The notes beneath the pieces were generated by a model. It searched no databases, was not told where the DNA came from, and saw only the letters and a program-made list of their open reading frames with translations. A stretch of 64,000 bases of DNA from Eledone cirrhosa (Eukaryota). Where the stretch lies: contig OZ024742.1 in the NCBI GenBank assembly GCA_964016885.1, positions 324,198,001-324,262,000 of the forward strand, in the 5' to 3' direction. The translations under genes and the position numbers were made by a program. Shown here one piece after another: positions 29,113-42,154 of this stretch. Each line of letters begins with the position of its first letter. Position 1 is the stretch's first letter.

Positions 29113-32100
29113 TCCGGCTGCATCCCCAGGCAAGACCAGCCGAGCTGATGGATGTTATCCAACCATGTCCGGCTGCATCCCCAAGCAAGACCAGCCGAGC
29201 TGATGGATGTTATCCAACCATGTCCGGCTGCATCCCCCAGCAAGACCAGCCGAGCTGATGGATGTTATCCAACCATGTCCGGCTGTATCCCCAAGCAAGA
29301 CCAGCCGACCTCATGGATGTTATCCAACCATGTCCGGCTGTATCCCCAAGCAAGACCAGCCGAGCTGATGGATGTTATCCAACCATGTCCGGCTGCATCC
29401 CCAAGCAAGACCAGCCGAGCTGATGGATGTTATCCAACCATGTCCGGCTGCATCCCCCAGCAAGACCAGCCGAGCTGATGGATGTTATCCAACCATGTCC
29501 GGCTGCATCCCCAGGCAAGACCAGCCGAGCTGATGGATGTTATCCAACCATGTCCGGCTGTATCCCCAAGCAAGACCAGCCGACCTCATGGATGTTATCC
29601 AACCATGTCCGGCTGTATCCCCAAGCAAGACCAGCCGAGCTGATGGATGTTATCCAACCATGTCCGGCTGCATCCCCAAGCAAGACCAGCCGACCTCATG
29701 GATGTTATCCAACCATGTCCGGCTGTATCCCCAAGCAAGACCAGCCGAGCTGATGGATGTTTCCAACCATGTCCGGCTGTATCCCCAAGCAAGACCAGCC
29801 GAGCTGATGGATGTTATCCAACCATGTCCGGCTGCATCCCCAAGCAAGACCAGCCGAGCTGATGGATGTTATCCAACCATGTCCGGCTGCATCCCGAGGC
29901 AAGACCAGCCGAGCTGATGGATGTTATCCAACCATGTCCGGCTGCATCCCCCAGCAAGACCAGCCGAGCTGATGGATGTTATCCAACCATGTCCGGCTGT
30001 ATCCCCAAGCAAGACCAGCCGACCTCATGGATGTTATCCAACCATGTCCGGCTGTATCCCCAAGCAAGACCAGCCGAGCTGATGGATGTTATCCAACCAT
30101 GTCCGGCTGCATCCCCAAGCAAGACCAGCCGAGCTGATGGATGTTATCCAACCATGTCCGGCTGTATCCCCAAGCAAGACCAGCCGACCTCATGGATGTT
30201 ATCCAACCATGTCCGGCTGTATCCCCAAGCAAGACCAGCCGAGCTGATGGATGTTATCCAACCATGTCCGGCTGCATCCCCAAGCAAGACCAGCCGAGCT
30301 GATGGATGTTATCCAACCATGTCCGGCTGCATCCCCAAGCAAGACCAGCCGAGCTGATGGATGTTATCCAACCATGTCCGGCTGTATCCCCAAGCAAGAC
30401 CAGCCGAGCTGATGGATGTTATCCAACCATGTCCGGCTGCATCCCCAAGCAAGACCAGCCGAGCTGATGGATGTTATCCAACCATGTCCGGCTGCATCCC
30501 CAGGCAAGACCAGCCGAGCTGATGGATGTTATCCAACCATGTCCGGCTGTATCCCCAAGCAAGACCAGCCGAGCTGATGGATGTTATCCAACCATGTCCG
30601 GCTGCATCCCCAGGCAAGACCAGCCGAGCTGATGGATGTTATCCAACCATGTCCGGCTGTATCCCCAAGCAAGACCAGCCGAGCTGATGGATGTTATCCA
30701 ACCATGTCCGGCTGCATCCCCAAGCAAGACCAGCCGAGCTGATGGATGTTATCCAACCATGTCCGGCTGCATCCCCAGGCAAGACCAGCCGAGCTGATGG
30801 ATGTTATCCAACCATGTCCGGCTGTATCCCCAAGCAAGACCAGCCGAGCTGATGGATGTTATCCAACCATGTCCGGCTGCATCCCCAAGCAAGACCAGCC
30901 GAGCTGATGGATGTTATCCAACCATGTCCGGCTGCATCCCCAGGCAAGACCAGCCGAGCTGATGGATGTTATCCAACCATGTCCGGCTGTATCCCCAAGC
31001 AAGACCAGCCGAGCTGATGGATGTTATCCAACCATGTCCGGCTGTATCCCCAAGCAAGACCAGCCGAGCTGATGGATGTTATCCAACCATGTCCGGCTGT
31101 ATCCCCAAGCAAGACCAGCCGAGCTGATGGATGTTATCCAACCATGTCCGGCTGTATCCCCAAGCAAGACCAGCCGAGCTGATGGATGTTATCCAACCAT
31201 GTCCGGCTGTATCCCCAAGCAAGACCAGCCGAGCTGATGGATGTTATCCAACCATGTCCGGCTGTATCCCCAAGCAAGACCAGCCGAGCTGATGGATGTT
31301 ATCCAACCATGTCCGGCTGTATCCCCAAGCAAGACCAGCCGAGCTGATGGATGTTATCCAACCATGTCCGGCTGTATCCCCAAGCAAGACCAGCGGAGCT
31401 GATGGATGTTATCCAACCATGTCCGGCTGTATCCCCAAGCAAGACCAGCCGAGCTGATGGATGTTATCCAACCATGTCCGGCTGTATCCCCAAGCAAGAC
31501 CAGCCGAGCTGATGGATGTTATCCAACCATGTCCGGCTGTATCCCCAAGCAAGACCAGCCGAGCTGATGGATGTTATCCAACCATGTCCGGCTGCATCCC
31601 CAAGCAAGACCAGCCGACCTCATGGATGTTATCCAACCATGTCCGGCTGCATCCCCCAGCAAGACCAGCCGAGCTGATGGATGTTATCCAACCATGTCCG
31701 GCTGCATCCCCAAGCAAGACCAGCCGAGCTGATGGATGTTATCCAACCATGTCCGGCTGCATCCCCAAGCAAGACCAGCCGACCTCATGGATGTTATCCA
31801 ACCATGTCCGGCTGCATCCCCCAGCAAGACCAGCCGAGCTGATGGATGTTATCCAACCATGTCCGGCTGCATCCCCCAGCAAGACCAGCCGAGCTGATGG
31901 ATGTTATCCAACCATGTCCGGCTGTATCCCCAAGCAAGACCAGCCGAGCTGATGGATGTTATCCAACCATGTCCGGCTGCATCCCCAAGCAAGACCAGCC
32001 GAGCTGATGGATGTTATCCAACCATGTCCGGCTGCATCCCCAAGCAAGACCAGCCGACCTCATGGATGTTATCCAACCATGTCCGGCTGCATCCCCCAGC

Positions 32101-32413
32101 AAGACCAGCCGAGCTGATGGATGTTATCCAACCATGTCCGGCTGCATCCCCCAGCAAGACCAGCCGAGCTGATGGATGTTATCCAACCATGTCCGGCTGT
32201 ATCCCCAAGCAAGACCAGCCGAGCTGATGGATGTTATCCAACCATGTCCGGCTGTATCCCCAAGCAAGACCAGCCGAGCTGATGGATGTTATCCAACCAT
32301 GTCCGGCTGCATCCCCAAGCAAGACCAGCCGACCTCATGGATGTTATCCAACCATGTCCGGCTGCATCCCCAAGCAAGACCAGCCGAGCTGATGGATGTT
32401 ATCCAACCATGTC
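29113..32413. repeat. 55-bp tandem satellite, ~60 copies
   Basis: Unit TCCGGCTGYATCCCCAAGCAAGACCAGCCGAGCTGATGGATGTTATCCAACCATG; 3301 bp / 55. Confidence 0.97.
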
Positions 32414-32765
32414 GCTCGGGGTCCACATCTGTGTCTCTTGCCGGTTGGTTTTGCCTGTAAAACTTGTCCAGCAATTCTTTCTTTAGACATTCTAACCACA
32501 TGCCCGTAGTATCGGAGCTGTAATATCTCAATTCAGAGAAGTAGTGGCTCTACTGGAGCGACTCTCTCATCTCCGAGCTGCGCACTCTATCGAAAGAACT
32601 GCATTTCGGCTACTTGTATTTATTACTTTAGATTCCTGGCCATAGGCAACATTTGGCAGGAATACCGTATTGAAGATAACGAGTTTGGCTTTTACACATA
32701 ACTTCCTTTTTCTGATGACCGAATGCTGAAGATGGCTCATTACGGCATCAACTCTTGCTCTTAAT
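32414..32765 (-). pseudogene. RTE (Expander/Rex3-like) LINE C-terminal fragment, continuous with the satellite
   Basis: KAKLVIFNTVFLPNVAYGQES...VEPLLL*IEILQLRYYGHVVRM...KRHRCGPRATWLDNI. Confidence 0.85.
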
Positions 32766-32784
32766 TCAGCCATCTGAATTGATT

Positions 32785-33585
32785 GTAGAAGTGCCGGATT
32801 AAATGGAAAACTGTAAAGTGCCGGATTAAATGATGAAACCATAAAACACCAATTTAAATGTAGACACGGTAGTTTGTTGGATTAAATGTAAAGTGCCAAA
32901 TTAAATGTAGATTTGTAAAGTAATGGATGAAATGTATAAACCAGATTGAAGTTTCTAAATCTAGATCAGCATTTTAGAGTTTCCTAATTTGATCCGCCAT
33001 TTTACGGTTTCAGCTTTTAATACTGCAATTTAAGTTTTCTACATTTAATCCGGCACTTTACGGCCTGTATACCTAATCCGACACCCTACAAGTTTTACAT
33101 TTAGTCCAGCACTCTATGGTTGGTACATTTAATCTGCTACACAAGCGTTTCTACACTTAATCCGGAACTTTATGGTTTCTCAACTTAATCCGGCATTGTC
33201 GGTTTCTACAACTAATGGGGCATTTTTGGTTTGCCATACACATAATGGTTTCTACTATTAGTCCGCCACTTCATATTTTTGTCGCATAATCCGGCACTTT
33301 AAAAAAATCTACATTTAATCCGGCATCCGTTTCTAACATTAATCCAGCACCTTACAGTTTTTACTTTTAATACAACACTCTACTCTTTCTATATTTAATC
33401 CGGCGTTTTGCGTGTTCTAGAATTAATCTAGCACATTACAGTTTCTACGTTTAGTCCGGCATTTTAGAGATTTTAAATTTAATCCGTCACTTAAGAGTTT
33501 TTACATTTAATCTTACACTCTATCGTTTCAAGATTTGATCCGGAACTCTACAATTTCTACATTTAGTCCGGCACTCCATGGTTTT
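32785..33585. repeat. Old ~31-bp minisatellite that changes orientation near 32965
   Basis: AAGTGCCGGATTAAATG units on the left, TTTCTACATTTAATCCGGCACT units on the right. Confidence 0.75.
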
Positions 33586-34430
33586 CCCTTCTTTTCTTTC
33601 ATCACCTACATATATACACATATCTACATGTGTGTGTACACACACACACATATATATATATATATACATGCATACATACACACACATATTCATGCATGCA
33701 TATATGTAGATATACATTTAAGCACACACAAATCGATCTACTCTCTTTACCAACGCACACACACACTGTCTCTCTCTCTGTCTCCAGTCTCTCTTTCTCT
33801 CACTCACCTCTTTCTCTCTCTGTCTCCACTGTCTCTTTCTCTCACTAACCTCTCTACCCCCGTCTCTCTCCCTCTCTCTCTGTCTCTCTCCCCTTCTCTC
33901 CCCCTCTACCTCCCCCTCTCTCCCCCTCTACCGCCCCTCTCTCCCTCTCTCACTCTCTCTCTCTCTCTCCCACACATATTCACATACATACCCCTTCATA
34001 CAGGGTCTGTCTGTGTCATATTTCTTTGAACAAATGACTAAGTGGACAATTTTTTTGCAATCTACGTGATCGACTGATTTCCAATAATCAGGCTGAAAGA
34101 TTCAATACCATATTAATACATTGAATGTATAGTGGTCGTGGTGGTGGTGGTGGTAGTAGTAGTAGTGGTGGTGGTGTAGCAAGCTGTAGGGGAGCAAGGG
34201 TTAACGGCAATGGCATTTTATTACCATTTTCGACGTCGCATACATCATAATGGTCTTAATTATCATCATCATAGTCATCAATGATAAAAGTTGCGAAAAT
34301 AGTGGCAATAAAGTAATGATGACGATGATGATGATGATGATAACGAGGACGACGACGACGATGATGATGATGGTGGTGATGACGATGATTAAGATGATGA
34401 TGATAATCATTATATAGATATATACATATA

Positions 34431-34509
<79 letters not shown>

Positions 34510-34540
34510 ATATATATATGTGTATATATATATATATGTG

Positions 34541-34614
<74 letters not shown>

Positions 34615-34714
34615 ATATATATGTGTATATATATAATATATATATATAGGAAAATATTCAAGACCCCGACGGCAGAGCTGAAGCCGTTTCGACGGCTATT
34701 TCAGTCCAACACAC

Positions 34715-34814
<100 letters not shown>

Positions 34815-34864
34815 GTATATATATATAGTTAAAAGAATAGAGGTGTAACACACAAGTTATTATA

Positions 34865-35252
34865 TATTGGTAAACGGAATAGAAAATGCTGACAAATTGT
34901 TCACAGTGAAAAATAGTTTAATTAGGAATAAATGAGAATTAGTAATTGTATTGGTTAGTATTCAGTTTTGTTTTAAGTTTTACCGGTTGCGCATTTCTAA
35001 ATGCTTTTCAAAAATAATTTTGAGATAGAGCGTCCGTGATGTTTGCTCTGATCTGATTAGTTTTGATTGGTCGGTAGAGGTCATGTGAATGTAAAAAATT
35101 GATTTTGCGCCAAGACTGAGAAATGACTCTTTCACAACAAATATGTGTGTGTGTGTGTAGTAGTAGTAGTAAAGTGTTCGTTGTTGTGATAATGGTTAGC
35201 AGGTATGTGTGTGCGAACCGCAGCCTGTTGACAGTTCAAATGCCTATTAAGA

Positions 35253-35337
<85 letters not shown>

Positions 35338-35696
35338 GTCTGTGTGTGTGTGGCGCAAAATCAATTTTTTACATTCACATGACCTCTACCGACCAATCAA
35401 AATTGTTTTGACCACAAGAATTTTTGCAACACGAATTGGCGCAAAACCCAATTTTAATAGCGCTGGAGCCACTTTTTTAACATAAAAACAGGTAGAATTC
35501 CCAAAACTAATCAGATCAGAGCAAACATCACGGACACTCTATCTCAAAATTATTTTTGAAAAGCATTTAGAAATGCGCAACCGGTAAAACTTAAAACAAA
35601 ACTGAATACTAACCAATACAATTACTAATTCTCATTTATTCCTAATTAAACTATTTTTCACTGTGAACAATTTGTAAGCATTTTCTATTCCGTTTA

Positions 35697-35702
<6 letters not shown>
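34865..35702. mobile_element. Foldback element with U3-A8 HHR-like motifs at 34978-35014 (-) and 35553-35589 (+)
   Basis: Near-identical inverted arms (34865-35112 vs 35351-35402 plus 35502-35702); TTGAAAA-GCATT..AATGC-GCAA-CCGG-TA. Confidence 0.75.
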
Positions 35703-35764
<62 letters not shown>

Positions 35765-35767
<3 letters not shown>

Positions 35768-36695
35768 GGAAAAATGAAACGAAATTTCTTTTCCCACTCT
35801 TAGTACGGCTGTTACTTAAATATAAGTATGTACACGTACATACATACATGTATACAGACGTACAGTAGTATGTATATATATACATACATGCACAATATAT
35901 ATATGTACGTATGGATTCACCGAACATTTATTATAATGCTCGATGTGTTTGTAAACAAACATCCCGTATTAAGCCGTAGTCTCTAGCAACCATCGTTGCT
36001 CGTTTGCTCAACACTGACAAAGGAACGCTGTACTAGTTTCAAGCTTATTAGCTATCGTCAGCAACGTATACCTTCCTGCCAGATTGTTGAACGTATATAC
36101 TTACCTTATGCATATTAACGGCTGAGTAGCCCAATTTGCATATCGAGTAGGTTAATCGGCCGGGTGCACCGAAAACGAAACGGAAAAAAATGAAACGAAA
36201 TTTCATTTCCCACTCTTAGTACGGCTGTTACTTAAATATAAGTATGTACACGTACATACATACATGTATACAGACGTACAGTAGTATGTATATATATATA
36301 CATACATGCACATACATGTATGTATGTATATATATATACATACATGCACATACATGTATGTATATATATATACATACATGCAAATTGGGCTACTCAGCCG
36401 TTAATATGCATAAGGTAAGTATATACGCTCAACAATCTGGCAGGAAGGTATACGTTGCTGACGATAGTTAATACGCTTGAAACTAGTACAGCGTTCCTTT
36501 GTCAGTGTTGAGCAAACGAGCAACGATGGTTGCTAGACACTACAGCTTTATACGGGATGTTTGTTTACAAACACATCGAGCATTATAATAAATGTTCGGT
36601 GAATCCATACGTACATATATATATGTGTGCATGTATGTATATATATATACATACTACTGTACGTCTGTATACATGTATGTATGTACGTGTAAATA

Positions 36696-36744
<49 letters not shown>

Positions 36745-36896
36745 CGGGCTGTTGGTTTACAAACAAACCGAATATTATAATAAATGTTCGGTAAACCCAT
36801 ACGTACATATATATATATATGTACGTATACATACATACTTACATTTAAGTATCAGCCGTACTAAGAGTGAGAAATGAAATTTCGTTTCATTCTTTT

Positions 36897-36898
<2 letters not shown>
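35765..36898. mobile_element. Foldback/rearranged element with canonical HHRs at 36025-36067 (-) and 36452-36494 (+)
   Basis: ACGTTG-CTGACGA-stem II-GAAA-CTAG-TA-CAGCGT; arm 35765-36141 vs 36378-36898; extra direct repeat at ~36178-36320. Confidence 0.85.
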
Positions 36899-36976
<78 letters not shown>

Positions 36977-36980
<4 letters not shown>

Positions 36981-37433
36981 ATACTTTGGGAGGGTCATGT
37001 TGCCAATAAGAATGACACGTACCAGTTGCTCTCACTTTAATTTATTATAAATTAAATTTATAAATTTAGGAATTCATAAATTTCCGGTTGGTTGGTCGGT
37101 TCCACAACCAGATGATTGTTCATATATTGTCAAAGTTCTTTCGTCACACATTCTGTGACCTCTTCAGTGACTGGGATTCTTTTCTTTGTTTTTGTGCCTC
37201 TCCTTTGTTCTGTCCTACGCCATCTTGTTTTTGTGTATGTTGTGTGCTTAGTTTGCGCATGTGTTACATCCGGGTGTCTATGTGTGTTTATATTTGTTTA
37301 TTTATTTGTTTATTTACATGATACTGGTTGGTTGTTTGTTCTATGTGTGTGTGTTTTCATTTTGTCCTTAATTGTAATTTGTGATCCAACAGCAACATCA
37401 CACCAGCAACATCACAGCAACAGCAACATCACA
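36977..37433 (-). mobile_element. Possible solo LTR
   Basis: TGT...ACA termini and a minus-strand AATAAA ~65 nt from the end; no TSD seen. Confidence 0.3.
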
Positions 37434-37570
37434 ACTTACGGCCCTCTCCATTCTGAGTTCAAATCCCGCTGAGGTAAACTTTGTCTTTCATCCTTAGGGG
37501 GTCGATAAAATAAAGTACCAGTAATGTACTGGGATAATTGCTGGTCTTTTGCCAAAAGTAGAAACAATTA
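37434..37570 (+). mobile_element. OK-like SINE, partial
   Basis: Family match. Confidence 0.75.
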
Positions 37571-37629
37571 TTAATATTCGAAAAACTCACATTACATTTA
37601 TTGTATTCAGCCATGTAGAGCGAAATTTT

Positions 37630-37701
<72 letters not shown>

Positions 37702-37706
<5 letters not shown>

Positions 37707-40527
37707 AGATCAAAAGATGGTTAAAGGAGTTCCATGTATTTTATTATGCGCATTTCAAAAACAAACATCATCATGCAATAATATTTGTGTTTTCATCAGA
37801 TAAAACAGGAGAACATGATATGAAGGCTAAAAAACACTTGTGGATAGTGCAGTTTTAAATCAACATATGAAAAGTGGTTTTTAGATTGATGTGTGATATT
37901 GGGAAATATATTTTATTTAGAGAGGGGGGTGGGTGGGGTGGAAAGGATGAAAAGGGAAGGAGATGAGAGGGAGAGATGGGTGATAGAGAGAAAGAGATAG
38001 TTTTTATAACTGAGAGGAGATATATTGTTTTATATAGAGAGGTTGAAAACCGTTGGAAGATAATGTATAAATTAAAAATTTTGAAAATTAACGAAGGGAG
38101 GATATGTGCGAGGAAAAAATATTTTATTTAGGGAGGGGGGGTGGAAAGGATGAAAAAAAGGGGGAGGAGATGAGAGTGAAGGTGGAGAGGGAGAGATGGG
38201 TGATAGAGAGAAAGAGATAGTTTTTATAACTGAGAAAAAGATATATTGTTTTAACATAGAGAGGTTGGGAACCGTTGGAAGATAATGTATAAATTAAAGG
38301 AATTTGAAAATTAACGAAGGGAAATTATGTATGAAGATAGAGAGAAAAAAATAATAATTGTGGATGAATATTCTAACGTCAAAAAAAGAAATGTATGTAT
38401 TGTGGCAATTTCAAAATTAACGAAGAGAAAAATTATTAAGGTTTGTGTGTAGAAGGATTTGAGAAAAATAATGTGAAGTTAAAGTTTGTATATTGATTGA
38501 ATTGATAATATATGCGAATAAAGAGTTAATATGTATTAATAATGAGTTCGTTGATGGGGAGAAAAAAAAAAAAAAAATTAAGGATGAAATTGAGATTAAA
38601 AAGATTTATGATAGAGAGAAAAAATAATAATGATTGCGGATGAATATTCTAACGTCAAAAAACAACAAATGTATATGTTATGATTTTACAAGGTGAAGAT
38701 AGAATGAGGGTAATGAGTAAACAAGTATTATAGAGTGTATAACCTTTAAAGTAAGGTAGATGGGTATATTTTAAAGAGGTGTATGTATATGTGCCTTTGA
38801 GAAAAGATTCTAAATTGATAAAGAATTGAATATTAACTGTATACTTTGTGAAAAGTTCTATGGAATTTATGCAGGCAGATAGAAAACAAATCGGTGCGTC
38901 TATTTATTATAGAATCTAGGTTAGAGATAATGGTAAATTTTTCATTTAGGCAGAGATTACAGATTTTAGATAGAGAGCTGTTCAAGTATGAGGATGCAGA
39001 AGAAATCTTCTTCCAAAAGATGGTATATTTAATGTTTTTGTCTTTTAAGGACCATATGAGTTCTGAGAGAGCAGTGTTAGTTCTTTTAAGTTTGTATTTG
39101 AAAGATGAATGATGATTATAGAGACGAGCTTTAAAAGAGGTGGAAGTGGAGCCAAAATAGGTGAAGGAATTGGTGCTAGTTATAATTTTACATTCATAAA
39201 TTAAGTTTTTATCGAGACAATGGTTGTTGAGAGGACATTTATTTTTAATGCGGCAGTTGCAATTAGAGAGATTATTAATGAGTGATCTAGTGTTATCTAT
39301 AGAAGGAATTGGATTGGAGAAGTTGTTTGCGATAGGAATAATAGGAATAATAGTTTCTTGATTTAGAGTTGGATTATGAACATTTAGCGAAGTTGTGTTT
39401 GACGTTGTATTTGGGTTTACAGAAGTTAGCCTAGGGTTTACAATGACGTCGGGAGTACTATTACTGTTATTATGAAATTCAATATTGGAAGGAAGAGATT
39501 TAGTATTTAGTATTTTATTGTTGTGTATAGAAATGATGTTGGAAATATTGGAGGATGTAGAATACGAAAATTTGATGGTGTGTTTGTTAAATATTTTACT
39601 AGAGATATGTGAGGGAGGGAAGCATTTATTTAAGGCACTAAAAAATAATTTAGGAATATTGTTATTAATAGAGATGGAGAAAGGAGCATTATACCAGATT
39701 ATGTTTTTGTATCTAGGTCTTTTATTAAAATTATTGGAATGGTCATGATTAATTAATTTTTTTGACGTTAGAATATTCATCCACAATTATTATTTTTTTC
39801 TCTCTATCTTCATACATAATTTCCCTTCGTTAATTTTCAAATTCCTTTAATTTATACATTATCTTCCAACGGTTCCCAACGTCTCTATGTTAAAACAATA
39901 TATCTTTTTCTCAGTTATAAAAACTATCTCTTTCTCTCTATCACCCATCTCTCCCTCTCCACCTTCACTCTCATCTCCTCCCCCTTTTTTTCATCCTTTC
40001 CACCCCCCCTCCCTAAATAAAATATTTTTTCCTCGCACATATCCTCCCTTCGTTAATTTTCAAAATTTTTAATTTATACATTATCTTCCAACGGTTTTCA
40101 ACCTCTCTATATAAAACAATATATCTCCTCTCAGTTATAAAAACTATCTCTTTCTCTCTATCACCCATCTCTCCCTCTCATCTCCTTCCCTTTTCATCCT
40201 TTCCACCCCCCCTCTCTAAATAAAATATTTTTCCCAATATCACACATCAATCTAAAAACCACTTTTCATATGTTGATTTAAAACTGCACTATCCACAAGT
40301 GTTTTTTAGCCTTCATATCATGTTCTCCTGTTTTATCTGATGAAAACACAAATATTATTGCATGATGATGTTTGTTTTTGAAATGCGCATAATAAAATAC
40401 ATGGAACTCCTTTAACCATCTTTTGATCTTATATTATGCATACTCCAGTCTTACAAACTGTAGAGTGCTTCTTATCCGATATCTGCATTGCTTTATTGTA
40501 CTACAATAAAACTCACCTCCTACATTA
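37702..40527 (-). mobile_element. 5'-truncated Naiad-type Penelope-like element with inverted pseudo-LTRs, inserted in (TA)n
   Basis: 37702-38387 is a near-perfect inverted copy of 39757-40436; HHRs at 37737-37807 (-) and 40329-40399 (+); GIY-YIG ORF between them. Confidence 0.9.
38833..39750 (-). CDS. C-terminal part of a Penelope-like polyprotein: RT thumb/linker plus GIY-YIG endonuclease (no RT core)
   Basis: NIIWYNAPFS, KIFNKHTIKFSYS, CNCRIKNKC (CxCx5C), LIYEC...YFGST..FKARLYNH, CNLCLNEK; open frame with its start supplied by the inverted arm. Confidence 0.85.
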   Translation of the reverse strand, partial: NHDHSNNFNKRPRYKNIIWYNAPFSISINNNIPKLFFSALNKCFPPSHISSKIFNKHTIKFSYSTSSNISNIISIHNNKILNTKSLPSNIEFHNNSNSTPDVIVNPRLTSVNPNTTSNTTSLNVHNPTLNQETIIPIIPIANNFSNPIPSIDNTRSLINNLSNCNCRIKNKCPLNNHCLDKNLIYECKIITSTNSFTYFGSTSTSFKARLYNHHSSFKYKLKRTNTALSELIWSLKDKNIKYTIFWKKISSASSYLNSSLSKICNLCLNEKFTIISNLDSIINRRTDLFSICLHKFHRTFHKVYS

Positions 40528-40623
<96 letters not shown>

Positions 40624-40741
40624 CATATATATATATATTATATATAGATTAATAAATAAATTCACACAGAAACACACACATATATATATAAATATAAATA
40701 AATAAATATATATATATGTATATATATATAATATATATATA

Positions 40742-40777
<36 letters not shown>

Positions 40778-40804
40778 CATATGTGTGTATATATATATAC
40801 ATAC

Positions 40805-40869
<65 letters not shown>

Positions 40870-40894
40870 AGATTAATAAATAAATACACACAGA

Positions 40895-40942
<48 letters not shown>

Positions 40943-41189
40943 AATATAAATAAATAAATATATATATGTATATATATATAATATATATATATATAATATA
41001 TATATATATAATATATATATATATAATATATATATATATAATATATATATATGTAGATAAATCTACCAAAAGTTTACGGTAGTGTCCAATCCGTATGAAG
41101 AACTCAATGTAACCCGGATATCATGAAAAGAGAAGATGCATTCAAAAACTACTTTCGGTGAAAAATAAACGGAAAACAGAGTCAAGATA

Positions 41190-42087
41190 AATTAATAAAA
41201 TAATGAATAAACAAAGAAACAGTTCCTTATATTAAAAAAATTCATCATTTTACTATCGTTTCTAGGATATATATGTGTTAGAGTTGGTATGCATATTCTA
41301 TAGATCTATGTACAATATTTATGCAAACTATCAGAGGGAATATACATACCTACACATATATATGCTGTCCTCAGAAATAATGATATTTGTTTATTGAAAA
41401 AAAACAAAGATTCAATACAATAGGTCTGTTTGGGATCAGGTTTTGAATTGACCAATAGAGAGATAGTGAGGGTCAGGATAGTAATATAGTAGTAGAAGAA
41501 CCTTAAATTATGGGTAGAGGACGGTAGATTTCAGTTTTGGATGGAAAAGAATATTATGAATGAAGGATTATTTTAGGGAAGAAATAGGTCTTATGCTGAC
41601 CTCAGAAATAATTTTATTTGTTCATTGAATAAAACCAACAAAGATCTAATATATTCTGTCTGTTTGGTAAGAGGTTTAGAATTAACCAATAGAAAGTTAA
41701 TAATTGGCCAAATGGTAAAATAGTAGTAATTGAAGCTTATTTTAGGGGTGAAAATAGGTCAGGTGGTCAGTAAAAGGTATACAAGCAGTTGCTGTTATAA
41801 AATAGTAATGCCAATACAAATATCTAAGGTGACTAAAGTTTTACGATAAGAATGTTAGTGAAAAAAATACATCTATGAAAAGAATATAAATTAATTTAAT
41901 TGATGGGTATATTTATATTGATAAAATTATACTAATACATATAGATATGATAAATAAGAGTTAGATGCAGTTGAAAAGTGCTGTTAAAGATGAGGGGAAA
42001 TTAAAAGAATATAAAAATAATATATATATATATATATACATATATATACACATACACACACACATATACACACACATATATATATAT

Positions 42088-42154
<67 letters not shown>

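Noticed and set aside
29113-32413. CRISPR array or tandem hammerhead retrozyme
   Set aside because: No unique spacers; CTGATGG is not followed by a GAAA core; the unit is explained by RTE coding sequence
38400-39750. Selenocysteine-encoding Naiad
   Set aside because: Conserved Cys positions are ordinary Cys codons in an open frame; no convincing SECIS seen
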